A stretch of DNA of 64,000 nucleotides from Octopus vulgaris (Eukaryota). Both the position numbers and the translations under genes were made by a program. Where the stretch lies: the NCBI GenBank assembly GCA_951406725.2, contig OX597814.1, positions 133,486,001 through 133,550,000 of the forward strand, given 5' to 3'. Position 1 is the stretch's first letter. Every line of letters begins with the position of its first letter. Below, in pieces: positions 52,863 through 64,000 of the stretch. The notes beneath the pieces were generated by a model. That model made no database searches. It was not told the origin of the DNA and saw nothing but the letters and a program-made list of their open reading frames with translations.

Positions 52863-54149
52863 TTCCTTAGAATTAATACTGACATAGTGCCGAGTGTGGA
52901 AGAGTGAGTTGCTGGTTTTTGGAATGCATGGTTCAATGTGATTTGTGTCTTGGTTGAAAACTCTTTATCTGTGTTATATTGCTCACGAAAATTGCACGCG
53001 TAGATATATATATATGTGTATGTGTGTGTTTCTGTGTGTGTGTGTGTGTGTGTGTATTATGTATGTATGTGTATTAATATTCACATTTTTCCATATTAAT
53101 GATCTTAACTATTGTGCCGTATCGAGTCAAACTGACAGAGGATCTCAGAAAAATGCAATGTGGATCCGTATATTGAGAACTGGATTAAGAGATAAGGTTC
53201 TTGCTTTATTGGCTGAGTCTTAAGAAAAAGATACCACCAATGATGTTTGCAGGCTCTTCGAGACAGCTGAGTTCCATACCTTAATGTTCCATTTAAATTG
53301 TCATAGGAGAACACCAAACCTGTAAGAAGAACATAAGCAACGAGAAGATTCCAGAGTGCTTGTGACCTAGGTAGAGAGAGAGAGCTTGGGGTAGTGGTTA
53401 GGCAGAGCCGGACAATTGGGGATTGTTGGAGCGATCAGCGGGTCAGGTGTGTGGAAGTTGAAAGTATTATGTCTATTTCCTGGAGCAAAGAAAGAGAATA
53501 TATACCGTAATATATGTATAGAGAACTGAAATGACTATCACTAAACGATGATGTAGAAATCTATTCAAATCCCTAAGGTGGGGAGTACTACAGGATACCA
53601 AAATCACACATTCTCACCGTCTAGGATCAAGATCAGTCTCTGCAAAGCAAGGGCTTAAAAGGACAACAGTTTATCAATACCTTGCCAAGTATCATAATGA
53701 ATTTACATGCAGAGAAGTCAAAATGATAAATTTGAAGATTTGGGGTAAAGTGTGAGGTTTGAATGACTCGACCCGAAGTATTTTTCCTGATTCTATGCGC
53801 TCTGAGTTAAAAGACACCGAGCTCAACTTTGATATTCATTCTTTTTGGTGCAGATAAAAGTGGAATGGTGAATTGGCATAACTGTGAATATATCAGACTA
53901 GATTCATTGTGGTTTTCCTTCTGTTTTCTGTTCAGATTGCGAGTCCAGTCATGACCACATATAGGATCCCACTCTGGAACTAGCATTTAGGCCAGCTGTC
54001 AAAAGGGAGGATAACTCCACCTTTCTGTGATGTAACAAGACCTTAAAGGTATTGGAGGCCCTATAAATCGTCATGGGCACTGATTCCTATCTTCACTAAA
54101 GTAAAAATAATACTCTACTATGACTTGAGACCTCTACAATATAATGTCC

Positions 54150-54925
54150 TAAATGAACATGCATCATGCTGTGGAACTTCCTTGAAGAATTTAGTCGAAT
54201 ACATCGCCTCCAGTACTTACTTTTGTTTTATTCATCTTGGAACTTATTCTATCGGACTATTTTTGGCCGAACCTCTCCGTTCTGGGGATGTAAACAGACC
54301 AACATTGGCTGTCAAGCTGTGGTGGAATGAAAAACACAACGACACACAGACATATACAGATATATAGATAAAGAGCGGAAGAGAGAGAGGAAGAGAGAAA
54401 GAGAAACAGGAGAGACGTGTGTGTGTGTGTTTGTATGTGCGTGTGCGTGCGCGCATATTCATATATATGTGTGCACACATACGCAATGACAAACACACAC
54501 ACACATATATACTTTACAAATGTCCATAGGGATGTGCAGTGATATAGACCATATACGATGAAACTGATCTCCTCTACTTATCTTAAGTGTGGTATGTATT
54601 CTATGGGACTTTTCTGTCAAACAGCTAATTTATGAAATCACCAAGGCAACATCGGTTGCCAACCGATAGATGACTAACACAGGCGTAAAGGTTTCGCATA
54701 AGCCCAAGAAAGCTATCGTACGCATACGCATCTCTATATACATATATAGATACGTGCCTGAGCATATGTGTTCATGTATATGTGTGTGTCTATGCGGTTT
54801 TCAACACATTTTCCCTCTTTAACAGGCAGTTTTTTACCCAGGCAAAAGACACAGAAAGTGACGCACACGGGAGCTGAACTTAATGCCACGTGACTCCACA
54901 GCGAACTTGCTAACCACAGTCCCAA
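54150..54925 (-). mobile_element. Degraded SINE fragments with microsatellite inserts
   Basis: cttattctatcgg...gccgaacc...ggggatgtaaacagacc body and gctgaact...ctaaccacag head resemble the 51335 family. Confidence 0.6.
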
Positions 54926-56949
54926 CTGCTTTAATTTATGTTAATGTCAGTACACTAATCAATACCATATTAGTATCTAAAGTATATATCTACGATGAAA
55001 TATTCATCTTTTATACGATCTGTATATGTTCGGTGAATGTATTTATTACATTTAGAAATCTATTTCCATGACACTGTGTTAGTAAAAGATATTATCATGT
55101 GAGCTGATGATTTGAGCTTTCAATATTTACGTATGATCTGGTTTGTGTTTGCTTGTACAGCGTGATGTAATAGTAAAGAAAAAGGTTAAGTTATGATTGA
55201 TGGGAGAATAGATTTATAAGCATTACAATTTAACAAGTGATTTTGAAGGAAATTATAGTCTTCCTTTAATGATTAACTTTATGTATTAGTGAGACTGTGC
55301 AGCTGTGATGACATTAAAACGATGTCGTCGTTGATATTCGATTTTAATATACACGCGCGGAAAATAATTGAGAGAAGTATGAAATTCTGGATGTCTGAGG
55401 ATCTAGGAAGTACAAATATTTAAAAGTTTCAGTGTAGAGCATTCGAAGAAGTGAAAGTAGATGTCACGAGTGGAAATGAGTAAGTTTTGATAAAGTGGGT
55501 GTGCAAGAAGCCAGTTCTGGCAGTCAAAAACCACGAAAGAAACTTTGCGAAAAAGAATTCAAAAAGAAAAAAGAAATGCTCATTTATAACAAGTAACAAG
55601 AAAACCTTTTAACTAGTGCTATTTTCTGATCGAATAAAGCAGTTTTAAATGTCTTTTTGCGTACAGATACACATACTTCGTCAATAGCAGAAATCGATAC
55701 TACAAAGAACTAGCACAGAATCTCAAATTGGAGCTTGAATCAAGCCCGAAAAACAAATATAGCTATCTCATTAGTTACTTTTGGTGTTGTAATGAATGGT
55801 TCGAACGCTGATAAACGCGGGACGAGTAATAAAAAGCGGGTGTAAAACCTTTCTCTAAAGCAGAAATATAAAAGAAAATACATTTACGGCTAATTTGTTT
55901 TCACACAACGGACATGAAAGACGTTTATAATATGCCTTTTAGATAAACAGCTAATTTTCACAAACCTTGGAATACAGGAAAGGAGTTACTCAGGCGTAAA
56001 AGGGATTGAAAAATCCTTTGGTATATGTATTAGCTTCTCACCAAAGTTAATCCCTTTTTCAAATATCTTTGCATTGGCGTGGATATGATTAATCGTTCAA
56101 ATATTTTACAATTTCATGCTTATTAAAATATGTTGCAAGTTAATAAGGCACATTTGGATGGAGAGTTCGATGGAAGTATTCAGTAATTTTGCTGTTGTAG
56201 AATAACGACTTTGATACGTTCAGCTACGCTATATGCAACTGATTCCCATCATTTTGTTTATCGTATGACAACGTTTACGCTTGCTTCAAAGTTTTTCTTT
56301 TTATTTCATTTTTTGGCACAGAAGGTCAAATGAAAAATCAATTCAGTTTCATTTTATTTTCGTTATCCGCTGTCGCAAAACATAAACCTGAAAATAACAT
56401 TCGCAAACATCTGCTCACAACAACATTTCATTGAAAGTTTAACTCTTAACAGTATCAAATTGCAAACAGTATCAAATTCATTCGAAATCTCAGGATAGAA
56501 AGAAAAGTGAAAATTACCTTGCTCAATATTTGAATACAAGATTACATGTGTAAATTTATTTAACGACGATAAACAATTTAAGTCAAATACCAATTTTAGT
56601 AACTTACAAAATATTGCATACATTATTAAATAAAAGAAATTTATCTTGCACTTAAGCTTGTGTAATTTTCGTATAACTGAAATATCACGTCGATTTTAAT
56701 TTAATATGAAGGCAACGAACCTGACAAAAACAACATAGAATCTAAAAATGAATATCCCAGAAGAAATATACTTTCTTATATATTCAACAAAGTAAACAGA
56801 ATTATTAAGAATATGCATGAGATCAAAAGTTAAAAACCAGTAGAGGTAACCTCTACTGCAGAATAACGAACAAAAACGAAAAGACGAGAAAATATATAAA
56901 AAGAAAACATATTCCCTTCCTTCCTTCTAGCATAGAGAATTGCATTTCT

Positions 56950-57830
56950 TCTCTAATCCTACATTTTAAAATAGTTTACTGCCTCGAGTAAACCAGAAGG
57001 AGCTGGTAAATAATAAAGCAAAATAGCTTTTAAACGTCTTGAAGTTATCTATACTATATTTAAACCGACAGAGATCTGTTTAAGGCCTTATCCTTTTACC
57101 AAGATGGCTTCACTACGCAAAGAAAACAAGTCCACTGAATGAGGCCTTATATCAAAACTATTTTTTCTATAGCCCCAATAAAAATACACTAAATCGGGGA
57201 ATATTTATGCTATATCTACGCATATGCATACAGTAAGAAAGATTGTAAAAGTTAATACTCTATCCCTTAGAGAAAAATTGGAAAAGATATGCAGTATTAT
57301 ATATCTGAAATATCCAGGAAGTGCTTGTATCAACGTTTGTCATTGAATGATAAATTATCTCTGAACAGAGATTCCATGCAAAACAAAAGACCTATGAAAT
57401 TCTTCTACAAAACTCAAGTCCCATACTGAACTAATGCTCCAACGGACAGCTAACATCACAGATGACCAAGATCTCATTCTACCGATACGTGCTTCATCGA
57501 TTCCATACATTCACGGACCAACAAATTGCAGACATTGACACACTGCTCCACCGTTACTTCCTTCTCACCCTTCTAAAATCTAGTTTTCACCATCTAGATT
57601 TAGGGACAAATACAGTAACAACTCAAGGTTCAAAAGCTTGCAGATTTTTCATATCCTATCGAAAGACTTAAGAGGCCTACATGATGTGAATGTGGATGTT
57701 TTCAAAGACCAACTGAACATTCTATTATCTACAACTCCAGAAGTGCCTACTTCGCTACTAGAAACAAAACTGACGACAGCACCTTCAAGTTCCCTTATTT
57801 ATTAAATGTTAACTAAAGAAAGAACACCAT
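56950..57830 (+). pseudogene. Degraded CR1/L2-like LINE 3' region
   Basis: Frameshifted remnants LYSL.R..E.YAVLYI.KI and KDLRGLHDVNVDVFKDQLNILLSTTPEVP. Confidence 0.6.
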
Positions 57831-57857
57831 TTAAAGTGTAGTAATATCAATGTTGTT

Positions 57858-57911
<54 letters not shown>

Positions 57912-58413
57912 AGTTATATTCAGAGAAAGTAGTATCTTTAAACCTGGATGATTGACTAAAATTATCTTTAGGCTTCATCGTTATAGCAAATTTTCTTCCC
58001 ATGAAAGAATGCCACGAGGACAACAGTACTGACTAAAAGCCCACAGTACAAGTATTTTATTCCGATTGTAATTTATATAATAAATATTTATAATGCACTC
58101 TGTTATTAAGTACTTTTTTCTGCGTTCGTTAATAATAGTGTCAACGACCAACATGCAAACCGAATACACATGGAAATTTTCAACTGAATAGCTTTATTAT
58201 TTCTTCGGTTTTCTTAGTTTTTATTTTGGTCACTATCTATTTCGGAGAAAAACTACAAATGGAACGTCAGTACTATTATTTTTTTTCATTTTATTTGATC
58301 GTCAAATGCAATAATTTTGATCACGATGTCATTCAGTCCTTTTTTTACTTTTATTTTTTTGCTTGTTCTTTTTTCCTTCGCCAAAACATACATACATACA
58401 TACATATATATAC

Positions 58414-58496
<83 letters not shown>

Positions 58497-58601
58497 GAGA
58501 CAGAGCAGAAGAGACAAACACACAGAAAAATTGAAAAACATTTAAAGAGTGTTCATTTACAGACGTTTGCTTTCTATATATACATATGCGTATACATATA
58601 T

Positions 58602-58905
58602 GTTGTTGTTGTTTGTTCCTTCTCGAGCCATGCCTGGCTCATGAGGGCCGGTTTCCTGGTTTCATTACGTATAGATTCTCCACCTCGACGTGACCTCTTT
58701 CCGTCACAGGTAAGATTCTAAATGCAGGAAGAAAGACAGTAAGTTGTTGCGATAGTGTCAGCAGAAGTTCGCCATTACCTTCTGCCAGAGCCGTGTGGGG
58801 CTTATGTGTGTCGCTTATAAACAGACATATTGCTCGGACTGAAATTCAAACCCGCAATCTCTCTACCGCGAGTCAGCTGCTCTAACCACTAGGCCATGTG
58901 ACTAC
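58602..58905 (-). mobile_element. SINE with tRNA-like head and (CAA)n tail
   Basis: Reverse A box ctaaccactaggcca, B-box-like aaattcaaaccc, tail gttgttgttgtttgttccttctcgagccatgcctggctc. Confidence 0.7.
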
Positions 58906-58918
58906 AGTATACATACAA

Positions 58919-59028
<110 letters not shown>

Positions 59029-59034
59029 AATCTC

Positions 59035-59225
59035 CGAATGGGATATAAGCAGTAGCAGCACGATGTCATGAAGTATATTTGCCACCCAAATGTGGCTAAC
59101 CATTAAGGGTCGATGCTACTGTAGCTTGTAGCCCAAGGAAGACATCTCCCCCAGCTAACTATGGACACACTAGCTGTGCTCTATCAGTATTTGCAAAGGG
59201 CAGTTATCATTCCCATCTACAGTCT
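59035..59225 (-). repeat. Fragment of the second hammerhead-element family
   Basis: Reverse-complement similarity to 62040-62160 (tggctaacc, ctactgtag, gtagccc, ggaagaca, gacacacta, tcagtatttg). Confidence 0.7.
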
Positions 59226-59229
59226 CAAG

Positions 59230-60190
59230 TGATATATATACAACAAAGTGAAGTTGTAAGGTACCGCACGAGTGGAAATATATATGAAAGAAGGTCTGAA
59301 AATGCAATTTTAAAGATGTTTATTCACTAAAAACAGTTTACAAGAAAATATTCAACAAAAAGTATTAGGATTTCAATAAAAATCATGTTCGTTTGTAGTA
59401 TATATATACGCAGGAGATATATTTAAGAGTTTACAAAGAATTTGAGAAGAACCAACCTGTTTTCCTAGCATTTCTTATTTTGTGTGTAGCTAAGGCTTCT
59501 TTGCTATTTTAAGGGACAGTGTGGGAGGATTTTTTTTGTTTCTGGGCTAGTCTATCATGGGTCAGTGTTTTTGGGACTGGTCTTAGAGGTCGGAATGGTA
59601 TGAATGTTGTATCTTTGTGCACGTCTCTATGTGTGTGTGTACATCCGTGTGTTTGTGTTTGTGTGTGTCACGACATATCCTGGAGACGGCATATCCTGGA
59701 AATGATAATATATGGTTTTGCTTGACTTGCTATGGATCAAGTTATGTTCTACTTCTTTCTGCACTTCTTCAGTCGCCATACAAAATCAGCCAAAGATATT
59801 GAATGTCTCTTATTGATTGTCATAAAGCTGCCCAATGTAAGCCGTCTGCCCAATGTAAGCATACGGTCCTCCCCTTCTGTGCACGGTACATTTATATACA
59901 AGATTTATACTCATACAGAGATTCATCAATGCGCCTTTTGATTTTTCTCTGCATGGGCATCTATCGTATTTATTTGTATATAAGGCAATCGCGACTCCAT
60001 TTATCGACGTTGTTACCCTGTTAGCTGTATCATAAGTATTTCTACTATTACAATTTGGCTGTAATTGCTGTTTTTCATTGCAGTCTTCATCTCCTTTGTT
60101 AGTAGTTAGATGCGTATGTTCGCTAGATCCAGTAGGTGAGTTATTGAACCTTTGTCGCATTTTGCTACTATTTATGCGATGCATAAGCTG
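59230..60190 (-). pseudogene. Old Penelope-like 3' remnant with GIY-YIG domain
   Basis: ORF 59810-60184: CPCREK....L.NLC...NLVYKCTV......AYIGQT. Confidence 0.7.
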
Positions 60191-60717
60191 CTCTGAATTA
60201 GCAGAGTTAGCGTAGGATATCTACTCGGTCTGCCGATTAAAAATGGCATGGTACCGATTAGATTCAAGAAAACATTTTGTCTAAATCAGCAACAAATTTT
60301 CCAGTGATCTTGGTTGAAACATGCGAACCGATAATCGGGTTGAAACAGAGGACATCCTGACTCCTATATCCGTTATTAGGCTTATTTGATCGAGTGTGTT
60401 GTACAGGATTAAAACAAGCAGTTGGATTATTATGTCGTGTGTATCTATTAGTTTTCTTTACTAGACATGAACAATTCTTCCTGGGCTGCATTGTCTAGCT
60501 GAGTGAGTTCAGAGACTGTGACGTTGTGATAATGTACAATGTGTATTACAATTGGAGGAATTACCAGTGTTGTGTACGACTGCCTCCTGTGTATATTGAA
60601 TTTTGTCATGGTACCCATCCCTAGCTAGAGTAACATTAAAATAAGTTGACTGCTTTTCTTTCTACAAAACGAGCAGTTACATTGCAGAACTGTTATTTTA
60701 ACACGTTTTCTCTATTT

Positions 60718-60815
60718 ATCACCCAATGAGACACATCTGTACCGCCGGATACCACTTGTTGAGTGTCCCAACCGTGAGGGATCGATGCTAGATGTGTCGA
60801 AACCATATTCGTGAT
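60718..60815 (+). ncRNA. Degenerate type I hammerhead (core CCAATGA) at the end of a probable second Penelope remnant
   Basis: ATCAC-CCAATGA-GACACATCT..AGATGTGTC-GAAA-ccatat-TC-GTGAT. Confidence 0.6.
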
Positions 60816-60857
60816 TAATAATATATTCCCGTATGTTCCATCTTCTATCTTACATTT

Positions 60858-60940
<83 letters not shown>

Positions 60941-61214
60941 CAACAATGAGGGTAAAATTAATTAATTAATCAATTTAGTATTCAGTATGCAAAGGGACCA
61001 TTTAAGGCGAATTCAAATTATTACATTATATAAAAGGGCTTAGTAAAATAAATTACTTTGCCGCATACTGAACTCATTAGAAATAGCAGCTAAAAAAACT
61101 TTTTTAAAACTATTTCCAATACTTAAAGAAAATCTCTCTCATATAGTGTTTGCTCAATTCAACTCACGAAAGTATGGGGGTAGAGACATTAAAAAATCAA
61201 ATGCAAAGGTTATT

Positions 61215-61267
61215 TGAGAACGTACGTTTCAAGATTAGTCAAAATCGACACTTCTATCATCAGCTCA
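61215..61267 (-). ncRNA. Type I hammerhead ribozyme, copy 1
   Basis: TGAG-CTGATGA-tAGA..GTCgattttGAC..TCTt-GAAA-CGTACG-TT-CTCA. Confidence 0.8.
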
Positions 61268-61771
61268 GAACTCCCTGGTTTGGATTTGAAAACACTGAAA
61301 GTGGGAGCATACCCTTTCGGCTTGTTATCACTTCTGAAGATCTGCTCAAAACTAACAGTGCTAGCAAATTCAAATATGCAAGCGAAGAATTTCTGCTCTC
61401 CCCTTTCCACCAGCGTGGGTTAAAATCAGCAAACACTATGTTTTTTTCGGTAAAATCCGAGGCATTATATAGAGAGAGATGAATTATAATTTCAACAATT
61501 AAGGGTAAAATTAATTAATTAATCAATTTCACCAAGTATTCAGTATACAAAGGGACCATTTAAGGCGAATTCAAATTATTACATTATATAAAAGGGCTTA
61601 GTAAAATAAATTACTTTGCCGCATACTGAACTCATTAGAAATAGCAGCTAAAAAAACTTTTTAAAACTATTTCCAATACTTAAAGAAAATCTCTCTCATA
61701 TAGTGTTTGCTCAATTCAACTCACGAAAGTATGGGGGTAGAGACATTAAAAAATCAAATGCAAAGGTTATT

Positions 61772-61824
61772 TGAGAACGTACGTTTCAAGATTAGTCAAA
61801 CTCGACACTTCTATCATCAGCTTA
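61772..61824 (-). ncRNA. Type I hammerhead ribozyme, copy 2
   Basis: As copy 1 with small changes in stem I and loop II. Confidence 0.78.
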
Positions 61825-61943
61825 GAACTCCCTGGTTTGGATTTGAAAACACTGAAAGTGGGAGCATACCCTTTCGGCTTCAATCGCTTCTGAAGACCTG
61901 CTATATATATATTTACAAATACCTTCCTTCCTTCCCTCGTCGA

Positions 61944-62013
61944 CAACCATGATTGTCACACGCTGATGAAAGGTAAACACCTTGAAACTCGGGTACGTGT
62001 GTATCATGTGTTG
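61944..62013 (+). ncRNA. Canonical type I hammerhead ribozyme in the second element family (element about 61912-62166)
   Basis: caac-catgat-tgt-CACACG-CTGATGA-AAGGT-aaac-ACCTT-GAAA-CTCGGG-TA-CGTGTG-t-atcatg-t-gttg. Confidence 0.9.
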
Positions 62014-62180
62014 AAGACGGGGAGGATGACTCCCCTTCACAAATACTGACAGGACACAGATAGTGTGTCTATAGCCAGCGGGAGGAGGTGTCTTCCTGGG
62101 GCTACAAACTACAGTAGAATCCACCCTTTTGGGTTAGCCATATTCAAATGGCATATATGCATCACGTATATATATTTATA

Positions 62181-62225
<45 letters not shown>

Positions 62226-62641
62226 ATCACTCGCCATATCGCGGCTCACCTATCGCGATTTATTATTTAATCTTACGTCGTGGTGTTACCTTGCATTTAT
62301 AATAAAATAAATATATACAGATTATAAAAATAATTTTAAAAATATATAGTACAGTACTGTTTCTAATTCGCAGATTTTCACCTATCGTTGGGGTTTTGGA
62401 AACGTAACACCAGGGATTACTGTATATATGTATGTATATTTCCTTCCTGACATTTTTTGTCTTCTTTCTATACTCAGTTACTTTATCTTGCACTCCTTAT
62501 GCTTCGCTTATTCTTTCCTTTTTATGAATTACTAAAGTCCTAAAATGTAACCCATGCTTCTTCATTGAAAAGTAAAATTAATACCATATTTGACAAAGTT
62601 TGTTGTTGATGTGTGACTCGTCATGTTTATTGTCTAAAAAC

Positions 62642-62773
<132 letters not shown>

Positions 62774-62931
62774 TTAACAAATTTTCCCTACTGAGGCTTT
62801 TCACGCTAACTGATTAATTCTTATAAAGAATTTATCCTATTTTTAAATTGTTAATTTAACCGGAATATATTCAGTGCCGAATTTTATTCTGAATAAATAC
62901 GTCTACCGAGATACAATTCGAAAAGCCCGCC

Positions 62932-63016
<85 letters not shown>

Positions 63017-64000
63017 AACAATTCTATGTACTATGCTGGATCCATTTGGTGTTCGTCTGATATATTGATGTTTTGTTTATTTTTATGTGTCTTGATTATG
63101 TCTGCACTGACGATTAAAAAGTGCATTTCATGCACTAATTTTGAGATCATATGATCTGCGGCTGAATCTGTTTTTAAAAGGCTCTCTTCGAGAGTTGCAT
63201 TCCCTTGCGGTCGGTACAATATGTTTATTTAAGAGTCCCTCCTAGCGTGAGGCATTTATGTATAGTAATGCCCTTAATATAAACAAATATATTTAAAGGG
63301 AATAATTAATAAATTTTTGTATGCCCGTCGTACAAATCTGTCATATCCGTAAAATATGAACATTAAAAGAGGGTCGATGAACTAAAATTTCAAGTACCAT
63401 TAGATTTTCATCGGCGATCACCAAAGCTAGTTTAATTTTATCATGTCCTGACGATGGCTTCAGATACAATTTCATAATGGTCAATTAAGAATTGGGTAAG
63501 ATTTCAACGATATTTCGAGTTGTAGCACTTAATTCATAAAATATTTTAAACTCTTTATCTCATGTCGTAATTGATAGAATTTTAGTAGTGATTCGAATTC
63601 ATGTTCAGAAAAAATACTTTTCTACGTTTGGGTTAAACGAAGCGTTTGCTCGTGCTCTTGTTACCAGATTGTGGCAGGAAATACAAAAGAAAATTGTTAT
63701 CGATAATTTGTAATTTACAAGAAATAATTCCTCTATATGGATACACAGGAATTTTATATTCCATTTTCTATGCAAGACACTATACCTATCAATCTACTAA
63801 TTTTTTTTTTCGAAACTCGAGTCTCTGCTAATTTCCAGTTAATTTTCTATCACAAAGTGTCATTGCTTTGCAAAACTATTGTAGCTAATGTCTTTGTACG
63901 GTACTTCTGATATAGCTCTCTGCCACCTCGAATTGCTCAACCGGGTGAATTTATATTTGATGATGACCTTGTTCCGTGAACTCGGCTATACTGGCAAAGT

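Larger units (their letters stand above)
60941..61902 (-). mobile_element. Tandem 557-nt unit (about 1.7 copies) with one hammerhead per unit: candidate non-LTR retrozyme
   Basis: 60941-61355 is repeated at 61493-61902 (period 557 at the hammerheads); flanked by TA repeats. Confidence 0.8.

Noticed and set aside
61150-61482. 110-aa ORF inside the 557-nt unit
   Set aside because: Starts at TTG, runs antisense to the hammerhead, has no recognisable domain, and I saw no sign of it in the diverged relative at 24946.

Overview
This is AT-rich, microsatellite-dense eukaryotic DNA with no host gene that I can confidently recognise. The SINE families and repeat landscape look like an octopus (cephalopod) genome, which is an inference from repeat style only. 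The window is mostly transposable elements. They include a 5'-truncated but open Neptune-type Penelope-like element (RT + GIY-YIG, 1908-4971), a second Penelope fragment with a ~1 kb inverted duplication (41142-43448), and RTE, R4/Dong and CR1/L2-like LINE remnants. Also present are a Tc1 element, a mariner-family foldback element, two non-autonomous Helitrons and many tRNA-type SINEs. Two things stand out. First, about a dozen type I hammerhead ribozyme motifs can be read directly from the sequence. They include a 557-nt tandem unit with one hammerhead per unit (a candidate non-LTR retrozyme that would yield a circular RNA), a second ~360-nt family, and U3:A8 core-covariant hammerheads in both Penelope 3' ends. 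Second, two divergent ~2.06 kb elements flanked by target-site duplications encode only a gag-like CCHC ORF1 with no RT, resembling HAL1 'half-L1' elements. All coordinates and pairings were read by eye and may be off by a few bases.
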